64,000 nucleotides of DNA, from assembly GCA_017472065.1 (NCBI GenBank), contig JAFURB010000010.1, forward strand, positions 270 through 64,269, read 5' to 3'. A program made the translations under genes and the position numbers. Source of the DNA: Alphaproteobacteria bacterium (GTDB lineage Bacteria > Pseudomonadota > Alphaproteobacteria > Rs-D84). Under the pieces are notes generated by a model that had not been told where the DNA came from, ran no database searches, and worked only from the letters and a program-made list of their open reading frames with translations. This document shows positions 29,947 through 39,377 of this stretch, in pieces (positions within the stretch are counted from its first letter, which is position 1; the number at the start of each line of letters is the position of its first letter).

Positions 29947-32216
29947 TGAAATATAAAAGTGGTATTTTAATTGCATCTTTGTTGGCAATGATGGTGCCGG
30001 CACATGGCGCAACGGTTTCACGCATTGATGTGACCGGTAACAAGCGCATGGATGCAGAATCTGTACGAATTTTGGCCAATGTTAAGATTGGCGATAATGT
30101 CGGCACACAGCGCGCAAATGAAATTGCCAAGAAATTACAGTCATCTGGATATTTTTCCAAAATTGATGTGCGCATGTCTGGCAATGTATTAAAAATCAAT
30201 ATTGCCGAGGCACCAATCATCAACATGGTAACCGTCGAAGGTAATGATGAAATATCAACCGATGATTTGAAAAAAGAAATCAAAACCAAAGAACGCGCGT
30301 CTTATGATGAATCAACCATCGGTGGTGATGTGCAACGCATGTTGACCGTATATCAACGCAAAGGATTCTTTGGCACAAAAATCGAACCGCAAAAAATCGA
30401 ATTGGATGACAATCGGGTTAATGTTGTCTATGAAATTACCGAAGGCCACCCAACATGGATTACAGATATTAAATTCGAAGGGAATAAAAAATTCAGTGAC
30501 CGTACATTGCGTGGTGAAATTTTATCACGCGAACACGCATGGTGGCGTTTTATGACCCAGTTCGACACATTTGACGAAGATCGCATACAATACGATGCCC
30601 AGATGTTACGGCAGTTCTATCTGCGTAATGGGTATATTGATTTTAATGTTACAGATACAAATGGGACATTTACACCTGACCGCGAATATTATTCGGTTGT
30701 ATTTACAGTTAACGAAGGCGACAAATACGAATACGGAAAAATCAGCATAGACAACCCGTTTGACGATGTTCCCGATGATGTACTGAATGATGTGTTGGTT
30801 GTTAAAACCGGTGATGTATATAATGTTGATGCGGTCGAAGAAACATTGGTAAAATTACGCAGCCGCGTTGCAGACTATGGCTATGCATTTATCAATGTCG
30901 AACCAATTCCAACAAAAAACGCAAAAGACAAAACAATCGATTTGAATTTCAAGATTCAAAAGACAAATCGTATATACCTGAATACTATTAATATTCTGGG
31001 CAATGTGCGTACATTTGATTCTGTGATTGAACAACTGATTCCAATGCGTGCGGGCGATCCGTTTTCCCTGCAGACAATCGAAGAAGGCCGCCAGAAATTA
31101 ATGCGTACACGCTATTTCAAAGATGTGCAAATGGTGCCAACACGCGTGGCCGGCGAAAATATGATGAACCTGGACATCAAGGTCGAAGAACAACCAACCG
31201 GCGAATTGTCTGGCGGATTTGGTTGGTCAAATATTAACGGTTTCATGGTTGATGCCGGGATTACCGAAAACAACTTTATGGGACGCGGCCAGATTGTACA
31301 ACTGCGCGCATCAATTGCCCAATATCAAAAACAGGCATTATTCAGTTTTACAGAACCATATTTATTCGGTCGCCAATTGTCTGGTGGATTTGATGTATCA
31401 TATACAATGTATGATTATTCATCGTTGGGTGGTTTTGGTTATGACCGCGATTCTTTGTCGGTGGCGGGGCGCATGGGGTGGCGATTGACAGACCACTGGA
31501 CACAGAGTCTGCGATTATCCGCATCATTTGACCAGAATTACGATATCCAGGCCGAAGACGGATGGCAAGATGCAACACTGTTTACATTGGGAACCAATCT
31601 GCGATATCATAATTTGGATACAAATTTTGAACAAAATACGCATACCGGTGTGGTTGCGAATTTGGGGTTGGCATATACCGGGTTTGGTGGCACCGAAACA
31701 TTTATGCGGTACAGTGGCGATATTATCGGTATGGTAAAATTCTGGGATGACCGCTGGCAATTGCGTTCGTCGCTGAATTTTGGATATATTCAGCCACTGG
31801 ATGGTGATTATGTGTCGCGTGTTTATCGTTATTTCCTGGGGGGGGAATCATTACGCGGATTTGATGTCGCAGGTGTTGGTTCTCGCAACTGGTGGTACAG
31901 TACATACGCACTGGGCGGATTATGGAAAGTTAACGGTTCAACCCAGTTGAATTTCCCAATATTTATCCCAGATGAATACCAGGTTAAGGGGTTTGTATTT
32001 GCAGACTATGGTATCTTGGGCAAACCGCCAGAAAAAGAATACACATTTGCCGGTCATCCAAATGATATTGACCAAGATTGGCGTACATCGGTTGGTTTTG
32101 GTATTTACTGGAACACCCCAATGGGACCAATGAATTTTAGTTGGGGTTGGCCATTGAAAATAAATGAATACGACCGTGAACAAAGATTCTTGTTATCGTT
32201 CGAGACCCAGTTTTAG
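29946..32216 (+). CDS. bamA: Outer membrane protein assembly factor BamA
   Basis: Signal peptide MKYKSGILIASLLAMMVPAHG, POTRA repeats, C-terminal barrel ending ..LLSFETQF. ATG 29946 overlaps the rseP stop (TGATG). Confidence 0.94.
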   Translation: MKYKSGILIASLLAMMVPAHGATVSRIDVTGNKRMDAESVRILANVKIGDNVGTQRANEIAKKLQSSGYFSKIDVRMSGNVLKINIAEAPIINMVTVEGNDEISTDDLKKEIKTKERASYDESTIGGDVQRMLTVYQRKGFFGTKIEPQKIELDDNRVNVVYEITEGHPTWITDIKFEGNKKFSDRTLRGEILSREHAWWRFMTQFDTFDEDRIQYDAQMLRQFYLRNGYIDFNVTDTNGTFTPDREYYSVVFTVNEGDKYEYGKISIDNPFDDVPDDVLNDVLVVKTGDVYNVDAVEETLVKLRSRVADYGYAFINVEPIPTKNAKDKTIDLNFKIQKTNRIYLNTINILGNVRTFDSVIEQLIPMRAGDPFSLQTIEEGRQKLMRTRYFKDVQMVPTRVAGENMMNLDIKVEEQPTGELSGGFGWSNINGFMVDAGITENNFMGRGQIVQLRASIAQYQKQALFSFTEPYLFGRQLSGGFDVSYTMYDYSSLGGFGYDRDSLSVAGRMGWRLTDHWTQSLRLSASFDQNYDIQAEDGWQDATLFTLGTNLRYHNLDTNFEQNTHTGVVANLGLAYTGFGGTETFMRYSGDIIGMVKFWDDRWQLRSSLNFGYIQPLDGDYVSRVYRYFLGGESLRGFDVAGVGSRNWWYSTYALGGLWKVNGSTQLNFPIFIPDEYQVKGFVFADYGILGKPPEKEYTFAGHPNDIDQDWRTSVGFGIYWNTPMGPMNFSWGWPLKINEYDREQRFLLSFETQF

Positions 32217-32273
32217 TCTTGACGATATGTGTGGATTTTTCTTATAATTCGGTAAAAGGGAAAGGAGTAAGCC

Positions 32274-32420
32274 GTGAAAAAAGTATTGTTGGGATTGTTT
32301 GTTGCGCTGTGCCTTGCCGGATGCGGCCAGGTTTATGACCGTGAACCAGTCGGTGTTGGGTACGATAACAACGAACTGAAATTAAGTCCATGTGCATGTA
32401 TCATGGTATATCAGGCATAA
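32274..32420 (+). CDS. Small lipoprotein (48 aa), VirB7-like by position
   Basis: Not in the ORF track (<60 aa). GTG start 6 nt after AAAGGAG. (M)KKVLLGLFVALCLAGCGQ lipobox. Located immediately upstream of a virB8-like gene. Confidence 0.5.
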   Translation: MKKVLLGLFVALCLAGCGQVYDREPVGVGYDNNELKLSPCACIMVYQA

Positions 32421-32453
32421 TGTCGTCCACCGGACAACACACGGGGGGATGAT

Positions 32454-33143
32454 TTGATATATCCGGACAGTTTTAATTCACCAGTATTTCCAGCCGGCCC
32501 ACGCATTGCCGTATCACGGGTAATGGCAATCGGGGCGATGGTGGTGTTTGCACTGATTATTGTATTTGGTGGATTAATATTTTGGGCGCGTGCATCACAG
32601 AAAATTCACCCATTTCTGGTTACTGTTGATGATGTAACAGGTGCGTGGACGGTTGTTGGACACGATCATGGCGAACGCACAATTACACGCAATCGCGCAA
32701 TGCAAGAATCTGTGATTGCAAACTTTACAAAACAATGGTTTACCGTATCCGCAAACGCACAACAAAATGACGATGTGTGGTATGGATTCGAAGAAAAATC
32801 TGCGTGCTTTGCCGACGATGTGCCAAATCGTGGCCAGATTTATTGTCGTGCATCAGACGAATTGTATAACAGGTTTATTTATAATATCGTGCCAGAATAT
32901 CAGGTTCGAATTGCCGCAGGTGAAACATGGTCGGTTGATGTTGATAACATATACCTGAATACAACATCAAATGTCACAGATAATGGTGGAACATGGCGAA
33001 TTTTGGTCCAGGTTGATTCTAATATATATGGACCTGTCCAGGTCATGGCATATGCCACCCTGGCACGGGATGTACAGGATTACCCAAATACATTGGGATT
33101 TTATGTCGCAGATTTTAATGCATACAGGGTAGATGACAGATGA
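32454..33143 (+). CDS. virB8: VirB8-like type IV secretion protein
   Basis: N-terminal TM AIGAMVVFALIIVFGGLIFW plus a ~180-aa periplasmic domain ending NTLGFYVADFNAYRVDD, resembling the NPLGF.V..YR.D C-terminal motif of VirB8. TTG start after GGGGGGA. Confidence 0.6.
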   Translation: MIYPDSFNSPVFPAGPRIAVSRVMAIGAMVVFALIIVFGGLIFWARASQKIHPFLVTVDDVTGAWTVVGHDHGERTITRNRAMQESVIANFTKQWFTVSANAQQNDDVWYGFEEKSACFADDVPNRGQIYCRASDELYNRFIYNIVPEYQVRIAAGETWSVDVDNIYLNTTSNVTDNGGTWRILVQVDSNIYGPVQVMAYATLARDVQDYPNTLGFYVADFNAYRVDDR

Positions 33144-33781
33144 AAAAACTGGTTATGTTTTTTATGGGATTGTTGTTGATGTGCCTGATGTTCGGGATGG
33201 TTGTTGTTGGTGCGGCGATTTATGATACCGCATCCCAGCAGACAATTGACACGTTCTTTTTTCAGCCATCAAATCTGTCATCACAGCGCATTGATGCGCC
33301 AGAATCTTTTGATAATTTAAGCAATGATGATATTCGCAAGATGCTAGTTGAAAAATTTATCACAGAATATTTCTATGTCATACCGGACATGAACAATGTT
33401 GATGCACGACTAAAAGGTACAATGGGACTAAGCCGAATGGTGTCCGCCGATGTGTTTCGGAATTGGGTTGCCACAACCGGAAATGAAATATCACAGATGG
33501 CATCAAACAAATCGTTGCGTTTTGCACGGTTGATTGACATGCAATTGCCGCACGACAGTGAAAATTGGTGGACGATTACATACGAATTAACAACATGGAC
33601 AACCCCAAATGATTTGGCACATGCACCATCGGTTACCCGTGGTATCATGTACATTAATCTGAATTATGAACCGGGCTTTCGACCAACAATGTATGGCGAA
33701 GAATTTGATATGGGGGACTTCTTGGAAAACGGTGGCGATCCATCACTAATGTTTAAGTTTCGCGTAGAAAATATCGAATAA
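33140..33781 (+). CDS. Second VirB8/DotI-like bitopic protein (weak)
   Basis: Same architecture (one N-terminal TM plus a ~180-aa domain). ATGA overlap with the previous gene. Similarity judged only by architecture and the C-terminal PSLMFKFRVENIE. Confidence 0.4.
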   Translation: MKKLVMFFMGLLLMCLMFGMVVVGAAIYDTASQQTIDTFFFQPSNLSSQRIDAPESFDNLSNDDIRKMLVEKFITEYFYVIPDMNNVDARLKGTMGLSRMVSADVFRNWVATTGNEISQMASNKSLRFARLIDMQLPHDSENWWTITYELTTWTTPNDLAHAPSVTRGIMYINLNYEPGFRPTMYGEEFDMGDFLENGGDPSLMFKFRVENIE

Positions 33782-33796
33782 GGGATTCACGCTATA

Positions 33797-34567
33797 ATGA
33801 TGAAAAAAATTTGTGTGTTTTTATTATGCTGGACTGTGGCGGGGGGCGCGCGTGCGGCCGACTTTGATTTCAGTGAATTTGCAATCACAGATGGGGCGGA
33901 TGCAAATTTCTTGCTGGACCCGGTGGCTATTAATGATTCTGCATCTGGAAAATCCGTTGCGGAATTCGATATTGCGGGTGTAATGCTGGGGATGGGGTTT
34001 GATGATGTTTATACACAATTCTTTGATTCCAAGGGGTTATATGCACCGCGGGCGAAAAATAGCGTCGTTTACGCATTACACAAAGACTGGAAATATAATC
34101 TGGATTATGAATGTCGCCAAGAAGGTGTTTTTATCCCAGAAAAGTTGGAACAATGTATTCGTACATTGGCAAAAAATCGTGGATTGTTGTATGCATCTGA
34201 AATTCACTTGGTACGTGAAAACACAGGGGAAACATTAGATGTGTATTTTACCAGTAATGCAACCGATAATGTCGTTTGGCGCATAGAATACAATAATGAT
34301 GTAAATGAATTAGAAGGCGAATCTGAAAAATTTGAAAATCAGCGCGATAAAAAGATATTGTCGTTCTGGCAAAATGTGCTGGATAAATATGGTGCGCCAA
34401 ATTCAGGCACAGATAAATGGGTTTCATCTGATAATGCGTATGACCCAATGATGACGGCATATTATGGTGCGTTGGAATTAGTGGACAACGGTCGGCGCGC
34501 CGCAGACGAATCAAGAAATATCCAACAGGCACGCGAAAACTTCAAAGCGAAATCTTATGCATTCTAA
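33797..34567 (+). CDS. Secreted hypothetical protein (256 aa)
   Basis: Signal peptide MMKKICVFLLCWTVAGGARA. No family recognised. Confidence 0.5.
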   Translation: MMKKICVFLLCWTVAGGARAADFDFSEFAITDGADANFLLDPVAINDSASGKSVAEFDIAGVMLGMGFDDVYTQFFDSKGLYAPRAKNSVVYALHKDWKYNLDYECRQEGVFIPEKLEQCIRTLAKNRGLLYASEIHLVRENTGETLDVYFTSNATDNVVWRIEYNNDVNELEGESEKFENQRDKKILSFWQNVLDKYGAPNSGTDKWVSSDNAYDPMMTAYYGALELVDNGRRAADESRNIQQARENFKAKSYAF

Positions 34568-34910
34568 TGTAAACACATATCGCCGGGGATTGCGGGCGGA
34601 ATTTATCGCGCGGATGTATCTGCGTATGCATGGTTTCAGAATTTTACATAATCGATATATAACGGGGCGCAACACAAACCGGGCGGAAATTGATATTATC
34701 GCACAACGCGGAAAATTAATTGTTTTTATAGAGGTTAAATCACGCCCCGACATTCAAACCGCATGCGATGCAATCACCCCGCCCCAGGCACGACGATTGC
34801 GTGCGGCGGCGGACACATACATTGCCCAGCGCCAATGGACAGGTAATGCACGATTTGATGTTATCGCCGTTTGTGGATGGCGCATCACATGGTTCAAAAA
34901 TGCGATATAA
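34557..34910 (+). CDS. yraN: YraN-family (UPF0102) endonuclease-like protein
   Basis: RGLRAEFIARMYLRMHGFRIL..R....AEIDIIAQRGKLIVFIEVKSR, typical of YraN. Confidence 0.8.
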   Translation: MHSNVNTYRRGLRAEFIARMYLRMHGFRILHNRYITGRNTNRAEIDIIAQRGKLIVFIEVKSRPDIQTACDAITPPQARRLRAAADTYIAQRQWTGNARFDVIAVCGWRITWFKNAI

Positions 34911-34979
34911 AAATTTGCATATTGCATCACAATAATTTATAATAGGTATGTTTTCACAAAAACACTAAAAGGAGACAAT

Positions 34980-35129
34980 ATGAAAAAAGCATTATTGGCA
35001 TTGTTTGCCGTTATGACATTGGCCGCCTGTACAGGTTCTTATAAATCAGGTAATTGCGAATATGATTTCTTGTTACACAAAGATATTTCAGTTTCAAAAA
35101 TCATTGGTAATATAACAGGTGGTTGTTAA
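34980..35129 (+). CDS. Small lipoprotein (49 aa)
   Basis: Not in the ORF track. ATG 34980 after AAAAGGAGA. MKKALLALFAVMTLAACTG lipobox. Confidence 0.5.
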   Translation: MKKALLALFAVMTLAACTGSYKSGNCEYDFLLHKDISVSKIIGNITGGC

Positions 35130-35130
35130 T

Positions 35131-35158
35131 AAAAATCCCCCGTTCGGGGGATTTTTTA
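35131..35158. terminator. Bidirectional intrinsic terminator at the left edge of the phage-derived block
   Basis: AAAAATCCCCC-GTTC-GGGGGATTTTTT. Confidence 0.75.
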
Positions 35159-35419
35159 TTTTATAACTGCACCCTTAATCAGGTTCAAGTCTTCTTTGAT
35201 ATCATCTATTTTTATTTGAATTTGGCCAATACCGGTTTCAAGAACTGTTGTGCGATTTTCCAACGCTGTTATGCGCGTGTCAACACGTTCCAATTCTGCG
35301 ACGGATGAATCCTGGCGCGCAACCCAGTAAATAACCCCCGCAATAAAGGCGATTAAAAACCAGCTGTCACGCAAAAAGTCTAGTATGCCGGTGGCACTGT
35401 TATATGGGGGCATGGTCAT
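35156..35419 (-). CDS. Phage-associated membrane/coiled-coil protein (87 aa)
   Basis: One TM (WFLIAFIAGVIYWV) followed by a heptad-like LERVDTRITALENRTTVLETGIGQIQIKIDDIKEDL. Confidence 0.45.
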   Translation of the reverse strand: MTMPPYNSATGILDFLRDSWFLIAFIAGVIYWVARQDSSVAELERVDTRITALENRTTVLETGIGQIQIKIDDIKEDLNLIKGAVIK

Positions 35420-35422
35420 TTT

Positions 35423-35614
35423 CTATTTCCCTTGGTTTGACAGTTTTTCAATATGGTGGACCAATGCGCGTTGCGATTCCAGCGCACGCAGTTCGTCATC
35501 ACTGGCGTTTGGTCCCAAATATCGTTCAATCGTCATTTTTCGCAGATGCGCCAACACCGCCCGGCCGGACGGTGTCGAAAATGTACGAATATAGTGTTGT
35601 TCAATATCGTTCAT
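35423..35614 (-). CDS. Small phage protein, Bbp19-like pattern
   Basis: FSTPSGRAVLAHLRK....LGP.....ELRALESQRALVHHIEKL resembles the F.s..G..VL..L...eG.R.v.l.I pattern of Bbp19-type proteins found next to portals. Recalled from memory only. Confidence 0.4.
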   Translation of the reverse strand: MNDIEQHYIRTFSTPSGRAVLAHLRKMTIERYLGPNASDDELRALESQRALVHHIEKLSNQGK

Positions 35615-35619
35615 TGGTT

Positions 35620-36849
35620 CTATACCCCCATCAAACTTTCAGATGCAACCATCTGGGCAATCGGGGCAATGTATTTTAATTCTGCATCACCATGCAATGT
35701 AATTGTGTCAATCACACCACGGCGTGATAATATTTGCAATCCGCGTTCGCACAATGGGCGTATAAATTCATGCAGCAATCGCCCATATGTCGCACCCAAT
35801 ATACGCATCATATCGCTGTTTCGGGCCATGATTTCTGTGGCGGTCATTTCTTTTTCACTTAATAGCCCCAACCGGTCTGCCAACAATGCGTGCCGAATCC
35901 GTTCGCGCAAATCTTTTAATATAATTTGCGATACATCAAAATTCGCGCCACTGGTCAATGGGGTCAGGCCCGATGATCCAACAGCCTTGGGGATAATTGC
36001 CCCGGGGGTCAGGTTTATGTTATTCAGGTTTATTACACCGTCATCGTCCGCCATCCAGATGCCCGATACCGCAATTGTCGCATTTTTCAAGACCAGTTCC
36101 ACAACCTTGTTCGCGGTTTTTATGTCTGGTAACGCACGCAAGACCGGTCCACGACCATATAATTCCCCCGATGCCAACGACCAGCGGAATATTAAGTATG
36201 GATTTGTTTCAAATGTGCCGGTGGCCACAATATTATTTTCAATATCACCACCAACATCCAGCCATGCTGTAAATTCAGTACCGACCAGACTTTGGACCAG
36301 TTTTATTGGTGTATCTGCATCTTGTTTAATCATATCGCGGATATTTGATGGTGGGGTCCATGTGGGATATTTTTCCATAACATCGCGTGCCGACATAGAT
36401 GTTGTATGAAATACTGCGTTTGGTAAAATCGCAATATCTGCCATCGGGATTGCTGTGAACGAAAATGCAGATGATGCACCAATTGGATTTTCAGCCATAA
36501 ACAAACACGCGGTCCCCAGAACAACTAAATCCATATAACACTGGTGAACAGTAGTATAGAAATTAGAATCGTTCAAATTCGCACGCAATGCCGCCGTTGC
36601 CGCACATGCATCGGGTGATGCATCACTTTCTGGCACCAGGGTCAGCCATAATGATTCTGGTGGGGTCAGTAATGTGTACAGCGATGCCGCCAGGTTATCA
36701 ACGGCATCGGTTGCGGTTGCATCATACAATGTCGCCAATTCATCATCGGCCGATGGCATTGTATATCTGCGCGCCGCGTCCCAACGATTTAGCCATGGGG
36801 CACGCATATCTAATGCACGTTTATATAACTGATAAAGGTTTGATTGCAT
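35620..36849 (-). CDS. Phage portal (head-to-tail connector) protein
   Basis: 409 aa directly downstream of the terminase. N-terminus MQSNLYQLYKRALDMRAPWLNRWDAARRY... is typical of podoviral connector proteins. Confidence 0.7.
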   Translation of the reverse strand: MQSNLYQLYKRALDMRAPWLNRWDAARRYTMPSADDELATLYDATATDAVDNLAASLYTLLTPPESLWLTLVPESDASPDACAATAALRANLNDSNFYTTVHQCYMDLVVLGTACLFMAENPIGASSAFSFTAIPMADIAILPNAVFHTTSMSARDVMEKYPTWTPPSNIRDMIKQDADTPIKLVQSLVGTEFTAWLDVGGDIENNIVATGTFETNPYLIFRWSLASGELYGRGPVLRALPDIKTANKVVELVLKNATIAVSGIWMADDDGVINLNNINLTPGAIIPKAVGSSGLTPLTSGANFDVSQIILKDLRERIRHALLADRLGLLSEKEMTATEIMARNSDMMRILGATYGRLLHEFIRPLCERGLQILSRRGVIDTITLHGDAELKYIAPIAQMVASESLMGV

Positions 36850-36879
36850 ATTTTTTCCTTTTTGTTGTTTTTGGGTTAG

Positions 36880-37746
36880 TTAGACTGAAAACTGTGTGTT
36901 TGCATAAAATGTCTGGGGGGCGCGGCCCATGGGGCGGATTACAATTGGCGTGGTGGAAATGGCGCCAGCCAATGCATCCAATCCATCGTCATGCCCCACC
37001 CCACCAATTGGTGACCACCCCAGCATTTCCGAAATTAGCGGTGTTTGCCGCACACGCATATGGGCATACAAATGCCCAGATGTCAGCAACGGTTCAATTG
37101 CATCCAGGATTCTGTCGGCCTTGTTACGACTGTTCGTGATTTTGTTGACATAGATATTTTCGCCATGATGTTTTGCCACATCAGACATGATTTCAGGCAA
37201 CGCATTGCCAATTCCGTTTGTTTCAATCGTTATACGGCGTATTGTGTAACGACGCATAAAATCCAGAACCATTTGACATTGGATGTTTAATGGGTGCGTT
37301 TCTGTATCTGGGACATGCATGTACGTGACATCATGGATGAACACATTGTGATTCTTGTCATCACGGTATATCAGGACACAGACACTGTCGTCTGATTTGT
37401 GACGGCCACTGGACGGGTCCCAATATATGGACGCCCCCGATATTTGATTCGAACCCAATCGCGCCGCGTGTATATCCAAGGTGTCTTCATAAAAGTGAAT
37501 TTGCCCCGGATCCAGCCGAATTCGTTCCGGTGGGACAAATTCCAACATCATTTGTGATGAAAAATGACGCGGTCCCACAATTTGCCGCATCTGATTTATC
37601 TTTTCAGTCGGGAAAAGTTCGGGCCACGCAGGCACACCATTGGCATCAAGTATCGGAATTTTCAATAATTTATATCCTGATAAAAAAGGCATTGAAAAAG
37701 CATTTTTTTCATATACCATTGGCGTTAAGGAAAAGGATTTTGACAT
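36880..37746 (-). pseudogene. Terminase large subunit, C-terminal (nuclease) fragment, T7 gp19-like
   Basis: ..SGYKLLKIPIL...WPELFP..., FSSQMMLEFVP and HDDGLDALAGAI align with T7 gp19 RGYTTIIWPALYP, FTLQFMLNP and HDDRLDALALGI. It has no ATPase domain of its own. The upstream part of track ORF 36880..37821 is antisense to dnaB. Confidence 0.75.
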
Positions 37747-39301
37747 GGATTTTACCCCCAAGACTTTGCCAACTAATTTAGAAGCAGAACAGGCAGTGTT
37801 GGCCGCCGTATTAATGAACAATCGTGCGTTGGAACGCGTGTCTGAATTCTTAAAAGCCGAACACTTTTATCACCCGGCACACCAGGGAATCTATAAACTG
37901 GCCGAACGCCAGTTTGCCGCCGGGATTCCGTTTGATATTATCACTGCAAAAAACTATCTGGACCAACAAGGGGTCTTGGAATCCGTTGGGGGCGTTGATT
38001 ACCTGACAAAATTGTCCGGCGCGGGTGCGACGGTTGTTAATGTCGAACAACATGGACGCATCGTTTATGAAAATGCCCAGCGGCGACAACTGATTAACCT
38101 GGCCCAGGATATTATGGATAATGCATTTGTCGAAGACTTGGACAATCCAGTTAATCGCCAAATCGAAATCGCAGAACAAAAGTTATTCGATATGGCAACA
38201 ACCGGCGATTCCGAACGCGATGTCATTTCAATTGCAACCGCGCTACAGGCCGCCCTGAGGGAAGCAGAAACCGCATACAAGGCCGACGGACAGTTATCTG
38301 GGTTGACGACAGGACTGACGGCGTTGGACAAATCAATTAGTGGTTTGCACCATTCTGATTTGATTATTATCGCGGGTCGTCCGGCGATGGGTAAAACAAC
38401 ACTGGCCATGAATATCGCATTTAATGCCGCAAATGCAATTCATTATGGGATGGCAAATAAAAACTATAAAGGCGTGGTGGTATTTTTCAGTTTGGAAATG
38501 TCACATTCACAATTGGCGGCACGTGTTCTGTCATCACAATCCAAGGTGCCGGCATCTGCGATGCGTGAAGGTAACCTGACGGATGAAGATATGCTGAAAA
38601 TGACACAATATGCCGATGCAATCAGCAAAATCCCGTTATGCATCGATGATACGCCGGGCATGTCGGTTCCAATGATGCGTACACGCGCAAGACGATTAGC
38701 ACGCAAATACGGTGGAATTGCGTTGATTGTGGTGGACTATCTGCAATTGATGACATCGCCGGGTGGCAAGCGCAGCGACAACCGCGTTCAAGAAATTTCC
38801 GAAATCACGCGTGGATTAAAAATGCTGGCCAAGGAATTGGATGTTCCGGTTATTGCACTGTCCCAGTTGTCGCGTAGTGTTGAACAGCGCGATGATAAAC
38901 GCCCCCAGTTGGCCGATCTGCGTGAATCTGGATCAATTGAACAAGACGCCGACATTGTTATGTTCACGTATCGTGAAGAATACTATCTGGCAAACAGAAA
39001 TCCATCCGAAAGAATTTCAAACACAACAAATTCATCCATGGTCGAATCATGGCAAAAACGATATGAACAATCCCGTGGCAAGGCCGATATTATCATTGGT
39101 AAAAACCGTCATGGTCGCCCTGAAACAGTACGCACTGCGTTCTTTGGCGATTACAGTTTGTTCGATAATTTACCGGATGAATTTGACACACGGGGCGAAA
39201 ATGTTTCCGCACAACCAAGTGCCAGCATACCACTGGACGGGTCTGAATTTGCACCAACACCAATTGACATTGATGCAATTCCAGACGATATGCCGTTGTG
39301 A
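37745..39301 (+). CDS. dnaB: Replicative DNA helicase DnaB (with acidic C-terminal tail)
   Basis: LPTNLEAEQAVLAAVL, Walker A GRPAMGKTT, LSQLSRSVEQR, RESGSIEQDADIV. Start set to ATG 37745 after AAGGAAAAGG. Confidence 0.92.
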   Translation: MDFTPKTLPTNLEAEQAVLAAVLMNNRALERVSEFLKAEHFYHPAHQGIYKLAERQFAAGIPFDIITAKNYLDQQGVLESVGGVDYLTKLSGAGATVVNVEQHGRIVYENAQRRQLINLAQDIMDNAFVEDLDNPVNRQIEIAEQKLFDMATTGDSERDVISIATALQAALREAETAYKADGQLSGLTTGLTALDKSISGLHHSDLIIIAGRPAMGKTTLAMNIAFNAANAIHYGMANKNYKGVVVFFSLEMSHSQLAARVLSSQSKVPASAMREGNLTDEDMLKMTQYADAISKIPLCIDDTPGMSVPMMRTRARRLARKYGGIALIVVDYLQLMTSPGGKRSDNRVQEISEITRGLKMLAKELDVPVIALSQLSRSVEQRDDKRPQLADLRESGSIEQDADIVMFTYREEYYLANRNPSERISNTTNSSMVESWQKRYEQSRGKADIIIGKNRHGRPETVRTAFFGDYSLFDNLPDEFDTRGENVSAQPSASIPLDGSEFAPTPIDIDAIPDDMPL

Positions 39302-39377
39302 TGAATTATTTTACTTGCCAAGCCCTTAAAAATTGACTATTATTTTGTCAAGATTATGTTTTTTAAGGAGTTGCACA

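Noticed and set aside
35453-36409. 318-aa plus-strand ORF
   Set aside because: It is antisense to the portal gene, of low complexity, and has no RBS.
37640-37744. Upstream extension of dnaB (553-aa version), and the 36880..37821 extension of the terminase fragment
   Set aside because: DnaB homology starts at MDFTPKTLPTNLEAEQ, with an AAGGAAAAGG RBS before ATG 37745. The mutually antisense extensions have no homology support.
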